From positions 13,961 to 77,960 of the forward strand of contig JBBINA010000001.1 in NCBI GenBank assembly GCA_037444125.1: a stretch of DNA of 64,000 nt, written 5' to 3'. The notes under the pieces were generated by a model, which saw only the letters and a program-made list of their open reading frames with translations, searched no databases and was not told the origin of the DNA. The DNA comes from a bacterium (GTDB lineage Bacteria > Patescibacteriota > Minisyncoccia > JBBINA01). The position numbers were made by a program, and so were the translations under genes. Positions 22,039 through 31,682 of the stretch are shown piece by piece. Numbering within the stretch: position 1 is the first letter of the stretch; the number at the start of each line of letters is the position of its first letter.

Positions 22039-22410
22039 ATGGATGCCAAAAATTTTCAAGTTTCTCAATTTCTTTTAGATGAAATTAGACATAGTTTGAT
22101 CGATTTTTTTACTGATTGGTTTTTGGCTTATCCTAAAAAAATCCTAAAAGGACTTATTTTGAATTTCAAAGAGTTTGATAAATCTTTAGGCTTACAAGCA
22201 ATGGCTAAAAATTGGCTTAATCCTTTGTATCAAGATTACAATATTTGGGGTTATATTATTGGCGTTACAATTAGGACAGTTTATATTTTTATTGGCGGGG
22301 CTAGTTTCTTTGCTATTTATGTTATTGTTGGCTTTTTAATTTTAGCTTTATGGTACGCTTTCCCAATTCTAATATTTATTTTATTTTTTAGAAATCTTTT
22401 TGGGATCTAA
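22039..22410 (+). CDS. small membrane protein coupled to the Clp ATPase gene
   Basis: PLYQDY..GY.IG motif, two TM helices, 2 nt before the next gene. Confidence 0.7.
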   Translation: MDAKNFQVSQFLLDEIRHSLIDFFTDWFLAYPKKILKGLILNFKEFDKSLGLQAMAKNWLNPLYQDYNIWGYIIGVTIRTVYIFIGGASFFAIYVIVGFLILALWYAFPILIFILFFRNLFGI

Positions 22411-22412
22411 TT

Positions 22413-25049
22413 ATGGATAAAAAGCAATTAGAGAATCTTTATTTTGAAGATTTTTTTACAACACTTTCTTCGGCAGAAAGAAGCACTTTACAGATGTTGG
22501 CGCGGTTTTTTTGGTATTGTGTTTTTGGACTTGGATTTATTTTCTTTATTATCGGATTAAATCAAAGTTTATTTTCGCCCAGACTCCTTGTGTCCCTATT
22601 TTTTGAACGCTCATTTTACTACGCCCTATTTTGGTTAGGCCTTTTTTTGTTGTTGTATTTTTTTCATCACTTCTATAAGAGTCGAAAACCTCGTCTTAAT
22701 TTACGAGAAATTGATCTTGTTTCTGAACTTAAATATAGGAAAATAAATAGCGCTTACTTTTTGGAGCCAGAGACAAAAAATTTTATTATTAATGTATTTG
22801 AGAGGAGCAAAAAAGAACTAATCAAAATTGATTTTAGTTTATTTGAGGCTCTTTTAGAAACTAAGTTTTTTGAGAATGTGCTTGATCATTTGGAAACTAG
22901 TTTAGAAAAAATTAAAAACCGTTATCAAACAGCGCGTAACGAGATTAAAAGATATAAAAATAGCAACGAGCTCTTAATTGATTTTGACGATTTAATAAGA
23001 GAGGCGGTTAATAATGCTTTGGTTTTTGATGACGAGGCTGTTGATTTGACTCATTTAATGGTTGCAATTTTAAAGCGGGAGAATAAATTCTTTAGCGATA
23101 TTTTTTTAGGCGAGAATATTGATTTTGACGATGTTAAGCACGTTTTGTTTTATAAAAAGCTACGGCATAAATATTTATATCTGATTCATAAGTCAAAACC
23201 GCGCCGTATTGAGCATAAGTATATGGATTTGGCTATGACAGCAAAGCCAACTTATTATTTAGATCAATTCTCTCATGACCTAACTGACTTGGCGCGTTAT
23301 GGCATTATTGGCTTTGTGATTGGCCATAAAGACGAAACCGAAGAGTTGATTAATATTTTGAATCTCGATGTTAAAAATAATGCAATGTTGATTGGACCTA
23401 CGGGTATTGGTAAAACAACTATTATTGAAAATTTAGCTTGGCGCGTGTTTCGCGGTACAGTGCCGCCAAAACTGCGTGATAAACGTGTAGTTGCTTTGGA
23501 TACTGGTTCTATTTTAAGTGGCTTAAAGACGCCCGGTGAGTTGCAAGAAAGATTAAGCAAAATCCGTGATGAAATTTTAAATGCCAAAAATTTGATTTTA
23601 GTGATTCCCGATCTTCACGATTTAATGAAGGCTACTTCTATGCAGGCAATTTCTTTGTCTTCTTTCTTTAGCTCTGTTTTTCAGATGACAGATTTCCCAT
23701 TATTGGCGACTACAGATGAGAAGAATTATCATCTTTATATTGAGCCGGACACTGAAATAATTAATGCTTTTAATCAGATTAAAATTAGGGAAATTTCTCC
23801 TGAGGAAGCTTTGTATCTTCTTATGATTGAATCTTTTAAGATTGAAGCTAAGAAAAATGTAGTGATAAGTTATTATGCTTTAAAGGAGACAGTTGAGATT
23901 GCTGTGAAATATATTCATAATCAACCCTTGCCTGGTAAAGCGACCTTATTGCTTTATGATGGTGTGGAAAATGTTTTAGCGCAAGGTAAAAGATTAGTGA
24001 CCAAGGAAAACCTGCGTGAAACTTTTACTAAAAGGACAGGTATACCTATTACCCAGACAAAGGGAGAGGAGAAAAGAATACTGTTGGAACTTGAGCAAAT
24101 TTTACATCAACGTATGGTTGATCAAGAACAGGCCGTTAAGGTTATTGCTGAAGCCTTACGAGAAGCGCGAACCGGCCTTGGTCATGAAAAGGGTCCTATT
24201 GGGACTTTTCTTTTTGTTGGTCCTACAGGCGTTGGAAAAACAGAAATGGCCAAAACTTTAGCTAGTTATTATTTTAAAGGCGAAGATAAAATGCTTCGTT
24301 TTGATATGTCGGAATATCAAACAAATGACGCTATTTATCGATTGATTGGTTATCGTGGTCAAGGCGGGTTTTTAACAGAGGCAGTTAAACAAAACCCATT
24401 TTCATTGGTGCTGTTGGATGAATTTGAAAAAGCCAATCGGGACGTTTTGAATCTTTTTTTGCAAGTTTTTGATGACGGTCGTCTTACTGATGAGCTTGGT
24501 AATGTGGTTGATTTTACTAACACTATTATTATTTGCACTTCTAATGCCCATTCGGTTTTGATTAAGGAGGAATTAGAAAAAGGACGAAATATTCAAGAGT
24601 TAAGAGATATTATGAAACAACGGCTTACTGATTATTTTAAACCAGAACTAATTAATCGATTTGATGAGATTGTGGTTTTTAAGCCATTGAGTTCTGACGA
24701 TATAAGAAAAATTGCCTTACTACAGATTGGGAGACTTTTTTGGCAATTGGAGAATGATAAGGGTTTTAAATTTAAAATAAGCGAACGAGCGCTTAATAGG
24801 ATAGCTCGAGTTGGTTTTGATCCGGTTTATGGGGCTCGTCCGTTAAGACAGGCTATTCGTAAGAAAATAAAAAATTTAATTTCTCTTTTAATTTTACAAG
24901 ATAGGCTTGAGCGAGGTAAACATTATTTGCTTGATTATGAGGAAAATAAAGACTTTTTCGTCATTGACGAAAATCTTAGAACTACTTTAAAATTGGAGGC
25001 GCAGGAGAGAATAAAATCTGCTAAAGAGGAAATAAAGGGTGGCAAATAA
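22413..25049 (+). CDS. ClpA/ClpB/ClpC-family AAA+ ATPase with N-terminal transmembrane helices
   Basis: two Walker A motifs (GPTGIGKT, GPTGVGKT), RFDMSEY, LLDEFEKA, FKPELINRFD, GARPLR. Confidence 0.9.
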   Translation: MDKKQLENLYFEDFFTTLSSAERSTLQMLARFFWYCVFGLGFIFFIIGLNQSLFSPRLLVSLFFERSFYYALFWLGLFLLLYFFHHFYKSRKPRLNLREIDLVSELKYRKINSAYFLEPETKNFIINVFERSKKELIKIDFSLFEALLETKFFENVLDHLETSLEKIKNRYQTARNEIKRYKNSNELLIDFDDLIREAVNNALVFDDEAVDLTHLMVAILKRENKFFSDIFLGENIDFDDVKHVLFYKKLRHKYLYLIHKSKPRRIEHKYMDLAMTAKPTYYLDQFSHDLTDLARYGIIGFVIGHKDETEELINILNLDVKNNAMLIGPTGIGKTTIIENLAWRVFRGTVPPKLRDKRVVALDTGSILSGLKTPGELQERLSKIRDEILNAKNLILVIPDLHDLMKATSMQAISLSSFFSSVFQMTDFPLLATTDEKNYHLYIEPDTEIINAFNQIKIREISPEEALYLLMIESFKIEAKKNVVISYYALKETVEIAVKYIHNQPLPGKATLLLYDGVENVLAQGKRLVTKENLRETFTKRTGIPITQTKGEEKRILLELEQILHQRMVDQEQAVKVIAEALREARTGLGHEKGPIGTFLFVGPTGVGKTEMAKTLASYYFKGEDKMLRFDMSEYQTNDAIYRLIGYRGQGGFLTEAVKQNPFSLVLLDEFEKANRDVLNLFLQVFDDGRLTDELGNVVDFTNTIIICTSNAHSVLIKEELEKGRNIQELRDIMKQRLTDYFKPELINRFDEIVVFKPLSSDDIRKIALLQIGRLFWQLENDKGFKFKISERALNRIARVGFDPVYGARPLRQAIRKKIKNLISLLILQDRLERGKHYLLDYEENKDFFVIDENLRTTLKLEAQERIKSAKEEIKGGK

Positions 25050-25110
25050 TCTTTTGTCGTAATTATCATAGACCTTTTTTTTGGAATTTGTAAACGTTAG
25101 ATGTTTTCAT

Positions 25111-25138
25111 TTGACTTACTGCATTAATTTTTTATAAT
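25111..25138 (+). promoter_or_regulatory. sigma70-type promoter of structured RNA copy A
   Basis: TTGACT (25111-16), 16 nt, TATAAT (25133-38); the same hexamers precede copy B. Confidence 0.7.
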
Positions 25139-25142
25139 ATAG

Positions 25143-25379
25143 TTTTCTCTGATATTGCGAGCTATAAGCAAACTTTAGTTGACGATGACAAAGCAATTTC
25201 AGAGAAAATTCTTCTTTTGGTGTTGTGAAAAGGAGCAAAACATTTTTGTTGATAGTGTTCTAACAACCTAAAGAAGTTCTTTTGTAACCCCGTGGTCTAA
25301 GTCATAAGACTTTTGACCAGAATGTTGTGAATGACCGTGAAACTTCTGTTGAGGTAGCTAGACAACTCCTTGTTTTTTT
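25143..25379 (+). ncRNA. candidate three-hairpin dual-variable-segment (guide-like) RNA array, copy A
   Basis: three units RTTGY-G-N10-AAAC-loop-GTT-GA-N9/10-RCAAY inside outer stems; promoter upstream, T tract downstream; homologous to 55113-55344. Confidence 0.8.
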
Positions 25380-25488
25380 ATATTATTTTTGGAGGTTCGA
25401 TCTCCAAAAATGCGGTGTTATAAATTTAAGTCCTTGACAAATTTTATTTTAGCTTATATAATTAATAAGTAAATTTTGATTTTATTTA

Positions 25489-26340
25489 ATGATTAATAAT
25501 AAAGAAAAAAATCCCAACAAACGAGACTATGAAATACCTGGCGATTTACCTTTGGTTAATGAAGAAGAGGATAATGAAGTTGTAAAAGATAAAACTGAAG
25601 AAACGGTTGATAACGACAAAGTAGATCAAATGCAAGAAAAAGATACATCCATAGAGAGGTTAATCAAAGATGAAGAAATAGCCAAACAAGCTGCTGATTT
25701 TATGCGGCGTACTAGCGAAGACTCCACTGAGATGAGAAGTGCCATGGGTAGCATTAAAGATGTGTTAAAGCTGTTTCTTCCATTGGTTGCTGTTTTCCTG
25801 TTTTTAATACTTATCCTTGTATTTTTGATTTATCGAGTTAATAAAGCTATTTTGAATAACCTAGATTTTTTGCGCCGTGAAGATTTGGGTCAACGCAGTG
25901 GTGTTATTATTGATAAAAGTAATGGTTCAATAGAAGTTGCTATTTTTGATCCAGTGACTAGCGATAAAAAAAAACTAAGGTTTGAGTTGGATAACTTTTC
26001 TGAATTTTCCGAGGTTAATCTTAATTTCTGTTATGTTTGGAAAGAGCATAAGGAAGAGATGGCTCGGATTATGCCTAAACGTCCTTGGTATCCGACGCTT
26101 TTATTATATGTTTTACAGTGGACTTCGATGTCGCCTTCCCTTTATCCGCCGTTTCCATGTGACCGTCAAGAGATTGCTGATCGAGGGATGATTTTTGAAG
26201 ACAAAATAGGTCTTGGCGAATTAAGGAAAAACGACTATGTGATTATAAAGGCTAAGCGTAAAGGGGATAAGTTAAGTATAGCTAAAGTTTGGAAGATTGA
26301 GCCTACATTTTTAATGCCACTTTTGACTAATAAGCAATAA
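25489..26340 (+). CDS. single-pass membrane protein with acidic N-terminus, unknown function
   Basis: 283-aa ORF with one TM helix; TTGACA/TATAAT-like promoter upstream. Confidence 0.7.
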   Translation: MINNKEKNPNKRDYEIPGDLPLVNEEEDNEVVKDKTEETVDNDKVDQMQEKDTSIERLIKDEEIAKQAADFMRRTSEDSTEMRSAMGSIKDVLKLFLPLVAVFLFLILILVFLIYRVNKAILNNLDFLRREDLGQRSGVIIDKSNGSIEVAIFDPVTSDKKKLRFELDNFSEFSEVNLNFCYVWKEHKEEMARIMPKRPWYPTLLLYVLQWTSMSPSLYPPFPCDRQEIADRGMIFEDKIGLGELRKNDYVIIKAKRKGDKLSIAKVWKIEPTFLMPLLTNKQ

Positions 26341-26473
26341 AATTAAAATTTTCTTCAAACCGTTATATTTCATTTTGTGCTTGACTTTTGATATATATCT
26401 ATATACACTGGTTTAAGGTTTTTTCTTAGAAAACCAAGGTCGTATTAATTTATCAAGATAAAAATATTTATAG

Positions 26474-26788
26474 ATGAACGTTAAGAATAAAGATGTAGAT
26501 ACTCCTCAGCAGTCAATAGTGAAGGGCGAGTGGAAATGTGCGCAGTGTGAAGGCACAATCAGCGAACTTCCTTTTCAACCTCGGGAAGGATCCAAGGTAT
26601 ACTGCAAAAATTGTTGGCAGGATAGGCGAAGTTTTACTCCTAAGAGGTTTAAAAGCGGACCGCGTCAAACATTTCAGGGGGAATGGAAATGTTCAGATTG
26701 CGGCGCTGCTATTAGCGAACTTCCATTCCAGCCAGCCGAAGACCGTCCAATTTATTGTCGCGATTGCTGGTTAAAAAAAAGAGGCTAA
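26474..26788 (+). CDS. tandem CxxC-x17-CxxC zinc-ribbon protein
   Basis: two repeats of WKC..C...ISELPFQP.....YC..CW. Confidence 0.85.
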   Translation: MNVKNKDVDTPQQSIVKGEWKCAQCEGTISELPFQPREGSKVYCKNCWQDRRSFTPKRFKSGPRQTFQGEWKCSDCGAAISELPFQPAEDRPIYCRDCWLKKRG

Positions 26789-26812
26789 ACTACATTAAAT
26801 TAAATACAGAAG

Positions 26813-26846
26813 CAAAAAGTGTGTAGTTAAAACTACGCACTTTTTG
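26813..26846. terminator. bidirectional terminator
   Basis: CAAAAAGTGTGTAGTT/AACTACGCACTTTTTG between convergent genes. Confidence 0.75.
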
Positions 26847-26891
26847 TTTAGGTTTTTTATGTATTTGGATTCCAGCTTATTTTTAAAAAAA

Positions 26892-29800
26892 TCATTTGGA
26901 AAGTTCTTCTAAATCTTCGGCAATAATTTTAATTTGGTTTTCAAATCTTTCCACTTTGCCTTTAATGATTAAAACATTTTCTTCGCGGAGGCACATATGT
27001 TTTAGCTCGTAGAGGTTGGGAAAAACGATACATTCTGCAGAGCCGGTGAGATCTTCAATACGGCAAAAAGCCATTCGTTTGTTGTTACGCGTCAAGACTT
27101 TTTTTAAATTAGTTATAAGCGCTACTGTTTTGACGGTTTTCAGGTTCGATTGGCGGATTTTCTTTAAACTGTAGCCTAGCGAGAGTTTGTGTTGAAAACT
27201 TTTTAAAGGATGGCCTGAAATATACAATCCTAAAAATTCTTTTTCCCATCGTAGTTTATCGTTTTCATAAGTGTCTTGGTCAGGAAATTTTTCTAGTTTT
27301 AAATTTAATGATTGTTGTTCGTCGAATAGCGTTTCTTGCATACCGATAGTTTCTTTTTCACGGTTCATTTTAAGAAGATAGTCAATATTATATAAAAGCT
27401 GTAGCCTGTTTTCGCCTAATTGGTCAAAGCATCCCGATTTAATCAGGGCTTCAAAACTTTTCTTGTTGAGATCTTTGTGTTTAACCCGCTGAATGAAGTC
27501 AGCCAAGTTTTTAAAATTTCCATTGGCGTTTCTTGTTTCGACAATGCTTTTGGCTAAATTTTCGCCAACATTACGTATGGCTCCTAGGCCAAATCTTATT
27601 TGGAGAACATCACCTTTTTCAATAGGTGTGAAATTTTCATCGCTTTCATTGATATCAGGCGGTAGTACTTCAATATTTAGACGTTTTGTTTCATCAAGAA
27701 GTTGGGCAATTCTTTCTATTTTATAGCCTTCATTAATTAAAAGGGCGCAGATAAAATAAAGTGGGAAGCTAGCTTTAAGGTAAGCAGTGCGATAGGCAAT
27801 AACAGCGTAGCAAGCCGCGTGAGATCTGTTGAAGCCATAGCGCGCGAATGGTATAAACCAGTTCCAGATGCGTTTAGCCACTTGTTCTTTTATTCCATTT
27901 TTTACCATACCTGTAACTAGTTTTTCGCCTTCTTCAATTAGTAGGGATTTTATTTTTTTACCAACGGCTCTTCTTAATTTGTCTGCTTGAGAATAGCTGA
28001 AGCCGGCAAGTTGACGAGCTATCTCTATAAGTTGTTCCTGATAAACGGCAATACCGTAAGTTTTATTTAAGATTGGTTCAAGGCCGGGGTGAAGATATTC
28101 AATTTTTTCGAGTTTGTTTTTGCGATTGATGTAATGTTCAACTTGCCCCGCGTCGAGAGGTCCTGGCCTATAGAGTGATATCATAGCAATAATGTCTTCA
28201 AGTTCTGTGGGTTTAAGTTCAGATAAATATCGGCGCATGCCATCAGATTCAAGTTGAAATACGCCGACAGTAGAGCCATCTTGGAGAATTTCGAAAGTCT
28301 TTTTATCAGTATAGTCATCTTTTTCAATATCAAGGTTAATATTTTTATATTTTTTGATTAAACTTAAGGTATCTTCGATGATGGTTAGATTTCTCAGGCC
28401 AAGAAAGTCCATTTTGAGCAAGCCTATTTCTTCAATCGCTTTCATATCGTATTGGCTAATGATTGTGTTATTTTTGTCTTTTGAATCAGTTGTAGCGTAT
28501 TGTAGTGGTAAATAATTATGTAGCGCCTTATCTGCCATTACGACTCCACAGGCATGTTTTGAAACGTGACGCGCAACTCCTTCAAGATCTATAGCGATGT
28601 CAATTAGTTCGCGAACTTTAGGATCAGAGGTATATTGTTTGCGTAGCTCGGGTATTTCTAATGAAGCTTTTTTTAAAGGATAGTTAGTTGGGATGAGTTT
28701 TGAAATTGAATCACAGAATGAATATGGCAGTCCCAAGATGCGTCCAACGTCTCTTACGGCCTGCTTTGATTTTATTTTTCCGAAAGTAATAATTTGAGCC
28801 ACATTATTTTGTCCATATTTTTGACGAGCATATTCAATTACTTCATCACGGCGTCTATCAGCAAAGTCAATATCAATATCAGGAAAGGTAATTCTTTCTG
28901 GATCTAGGAATCTTTCAAACATAAGGCCATATTTTAAGGGATCAATGTCGGTGATATTTAAGGCATAAGAGACAAGACTGCCGGCTGCCGATCCGCGACC
29001 CGGCCCTACCACGATTCGGTTTTGCTTGGCGTAATTAACGAAATCTTGGACAATCAGCAAGTAAGAGGAGAAACCAGTTTGTTGGATGACTTTAAGTTCA
29101 TAATCGAGACGTTTTTTGATAGTTTGTTTTTGTGTTTTAGTGAGTTGATCGAAATTAAATCGTTTTTTAATGCCAGCATTAGCTAATTTTTTTAAGTAGC
29201 TAAAATCAGTTTCGCCGGGAGGAACTTTAAAAATTGGCATTATTTTTTTCTTTGCCTCAAGGTCAAGATGAATTGAGTCTTTGATAATAGAGGTATTAAC
29301 AAGAGATTCTTCCGGCAGATCGAGCAAATTAATATACTGCATCATTTTTGCTTCATCAGGAAAGGAGAAATCTTCTTTTTTCATAGAAAGCCTTTCTTCT
29401 GGATCGCTTTCATTGGTTTGAATTGCGATTAAAACATCTTGTGCTGTTTTATGGGTTGATTTAATATAATGACTATCATAAGTTAGAACCAGCGGAATTT
29501 TTAAAGATTTGGAAAAATCGATAAGTGCTTTATTGACAATTTGTTGTTCGGGGATATTTGGATGAGGTTGAAGTTCAAGATAAAAATTATTTTTACCGAA
29601 TATGCCATACATTTTATCAATTAACTTTTTAGCTTCATTTATTTTACCAGCCAGTATTGTTTTTGATATTTGGCTATTAAGACATCCTGAAAAACATATA
29701 AGGCCTTCAGAATGTTTAGTTAGAAGTTCAAGGTCGATTCTTGGTTTATAATAAAAGCCTTCCAGCCATGATTTTGTAACTAATTGAATTAAATTATGAT

Positions 29801-30101
29801 AGCCAACAAGATTTTTGGCTAGAATTGTAAGATGGTATCTTTTTTGATCAACTTTGGGAATTTTGCTCGTATAAGAACCCGCCGCCACATAAAATTCGCA
29901 GCCGATGATTGGTTTTATGCCCTTTTCTTTGCAAGCTTTATAAAACTCGATGGCTCCGTATAAGTTGCCATGATCTGTTAGGGCAACGGCGTCCATACCA
30001 AAATCAACGCATCTGTCGATAATATCTTCAATCCGCGAAAGTCCATCAAGGAGGGAATAATTGGAGTGAGTATGAAGATGTATAAAACGAGATTTAGCCA
30101 T
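26892..30101 (-). CDS. dnaE: DNA polymerase III alpha subunit
   Basis: PHP HLHTHSNYSLLDG, GPGRGSAAGS, PDIDIDF, KMDFLGL, YGFNRSHA. Confidence 0.98.
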   Translation of the reverse strand: MAKSRFIHLHTHSNYSLLDGLSRIEDIIDRCVDFGMDAVALTDHGNLYGAIEFYKACKEKGIKPIIGCEFYVAAGSYTSKIPKVDQKRYHLTILAKNLVGYHNLIQLVTKSWLEGFYYKPRIDLELLTKHSEGLICFSGCLNSQISKTILAGKINEAKKLIDKMYGIFGKNNFYLELQPHPNIPEQQIVNKALIDFSKSLKIPLVLTYDSHYIKSTHKTAQDVLIAIQTNESDPEERLSMKKEDFSFPDEAKMMQYINLLDLPEESLVNTSIIKDSIHLDLEAKKKIMPIFKVPPGETDFSYLKKLANAGIKKRFNFDQLTKTQKQTIKKRLDYELKVIQQTGFSSYLLIVQDFVNYAKQNRIVVGPGRGSAAGSLVSYALNITDIDPLKYGLMFERFLDPERITFPDIDIDFADRRRDEVIEYARQKYGQNNVAQIITFGKIKSKQAVRDVGRILGLPYSFCDSISKLIPTNYPLKKASLEIPELRKQYTSDPKVRELIDIAIDLEGVARHVSKHACGVVMADKALHNYLPLQYATTDSKDKNNTIISQYDMKAIEEIGLLKMDFLGLRNLTIIEDTLSLIKKYKNINLDIEKDDYTDKKTFEILQDGSTVGVFQLESDGMRRYLSELKPTELEDIIAMISLYRPGPLDAGQVEHYINRKNKLEKIEYLHPGLEPILNKTYGIAVYQEQLIEIARQLAGFSYSQADKLRRAVGKKIKSLLIEEGEKLVTGMVKNGIKEQVAKRIWNWFIPFARYGFNRSHAACYAVIAYRTAYLKASFPLYFICALLINEGYKIERIAQLLDETKRLNIEVLPPDINESDENFTPIEKGDVLQIRFGLGAIRNVGENLAKSIVETRNANGNFKNLADFIQRVKHKDLNKKSFEALIKSGCFDQLGENRLQLLYNIDYLLKMNREKETIGMQETLFDEQQSLNLKLEKFPDQDTYENDKLRWEKEFLGLYISGHPLKSFQHKLSLGYSLKKIRQSNLKTVKTVALITNLKKVLTRNNKRMAFCRIEDLTGSAECIVFPNLYELKHMCLREENVLIIKGKVERFENQIKIIAEDLEELSK

Positions 30102-30104
30102 TTT

Positions 30105-31496
30105 TCAAATGTTTATTTTAATGTTTAATTCACTTAACTGCTTTTTGGAAAGTTTTGAGGGTGCGTCCATAACAGCTGTGCGCCCAGAACTTGTTTGCGG
30201 AAATGCTTGGACTTCTCTGAGAAATTGCTCACCAGTTAAAATCATAATTAATCTTTCTACTCCATGAGCAAGCCCTCCGTGGGGAGGCGCGCCATAAGAA
30301 AAAGCTTCAAGCATATGGCCGAATTGTTCCTGAATAACTTTTTCTTTATAGCCCATTATTTTAAAGACTTTTTTTAGGATTTCGGGCTTGTTAGAGCGTA
30401 TACTGCCGCCGCCGACTTCATAGCCATTACAGATAAGGTCATATTGAGTTGTCAGAATTTTATCTATATTTTTTTCTTTTAAGAGCCAGTCAATATGTTC
30501 AGGTTTCGGTTGAGAAAATGGATTATGGGTGAAGGTCCAGTGACCATCTTTATCCTTTTCAAAAAAAGGAAAATCAATTACCCATGCAAAAGCAAGTAAT
30601 CCTTTTTTCTTTTCTTCTTCATTTCGTAAATCAAATTTATCGGCTTTAAATTTTTTTATAGCTTCCTGGTAAGTGAATATAGGAAATGGCTTTTCTTTAA
30701 TTTTATAATTCAATTTTTCAACGATTGTAGTTATCATTTCTTCATCCAGTTTCATTACATCTTCTCGTTCAACATAACTCATTTCAAGATCGATTTGCGT
30801 ATGTTCAAAACCACGGTCGGCTCTTAAGTCTTCGTCTCTTAGGCAGCGAGCGATTTGAAAATATCTTTCAAAACCAGCGACCATTAAGAGTTGTTTATAT
30901 TGCTGTGGACTTTGGGGTAGAGCAAAAAATTTTCCTGGATGTAGACGTGAGGGCGCTACAAAATCTCGCGCGCCTTCAGGGGTAGATTTGGTTAAAATAG
31001 GTGTTTCAATTTCAATAAAATTTTTTTCAAACAGAAACTCGCGGGCCATTTGGACGAATTGTGAACGTAGTTTGATATTCTTTTGCAGGCGTTGGCGACG
31101 CAAATCAAGATAGCGGTATTTTAATCTTAGCTCTTCGTTAATTTCATAGCCGTCGCTAGTTATACTGAAAGGCAAGTCTTTAGCGGTTGAAAGAATTTGG
31201 AGTTCATTTACTTCGCCTTCAATAGAGCCAGTGTCTAGATTAGGATTAATGGTTTTTCCAGGACGTTTATGAATAATCGCTTTAACTGCGATTATAGATT
31301 CGTTTTTAAGACCATCTATTTTTTCGAAAATTTCTTTTTTGGCAGGAAGGATAACCAGTTGTAGAATTCCTGTCATGTCTCGAAGATCAATGAATTTGAT
31401 TTTTCCATGATCGCGCTGTGAGTTGACAAAACCTGCTAAAACTACTTCTTGATTTACTTTATTTAAGGTCTTCTTGATTAAAATGCGATTTTTCAT
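30105..31496 (-). CDS. aspS: aspartate--tRNA ligase, short bacterial-type, probably non-discriminating
   Basis: RDHG, STPEGARDF, LPQSPQQYKQ, GAPPHGG; lacks most of the GAD insertion. Confidence 0.93.
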   Translation of the reverse strand: MKNRILIKKTLNKVNQEVVLAGFVNSQRDHGKIKFIDLRDMTGILQLVILPAKKEIFEKIDGLKNESIIAVKAIIHKRPGKTINPNLDTGSIEGEVNELQILSTAKDLPFSITSDGYEINEELRLKYRYLDLRRQRLQKNIKLRSQFVQMAREFLFEKNFIEIETPILTKSTPEGARDFVAPSRLHPGKFFALPQSPQQYKQLLMVAGFERYFQIARCLRDEDLRADRGFEHTQIDLEMSYVEREDVMKLDEEMITTIVEKLNYKIKEKPFPIFTYQEAIKKFKADKFDLRNEEEKKKGLLAFAWVIDFPFFEKDKDGHWTFTHNPFSQPKPEHIDWLLKEKNIDKILTTQYDLICNGYEVGGGSIRSNKPEILKKVFKIMGYKEKVIQEQFGHMLEAFSYGAPPHGGLAHGVERLIMILTGEQFLREVQAFPQTSSGRTAVMDAPSKLSKKQLSELNIKINI

Positions 31497-31540
31497 TTTT
31501 TAGTATTGACATATTAGATTTGATTTGTTAGCATTATAGT

Positions 31541-31675
31541 GTCTTCTAAATCATCTGCCGGCTAACCTCTTTTTCTGGCTGACCTCCTTTCTAGCTTTAT
31601 AGTTCAGCTAGTTTAGGTGTTCTCCCTCCTTCCCTCTCTTTGTTGGGCCCGATACTCCACTCGGGCCCTTTATAT
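31541..31675 (+). ncRNA. candidate small RNA with repeated anti-Shine-Dalgarno (CCTCCT-like) tracts
   Basis: TTGACA 31506-11, 17 nt, TAGCAT; short hairpins; terminator GGGCCCGA..TCGGGCCC-TTT; antisense to both flanking genes. Confidence 0.45.
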
Positions 31676-31682
31676 TTAATAG

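Noticed and set aside
25143-25379. CRISPR array interpretation of the repeated units
   Set aside because: No identical 23-47-nt direct repeats; variable parts are paired 10-mers inside hairpins; no cas genes in the window
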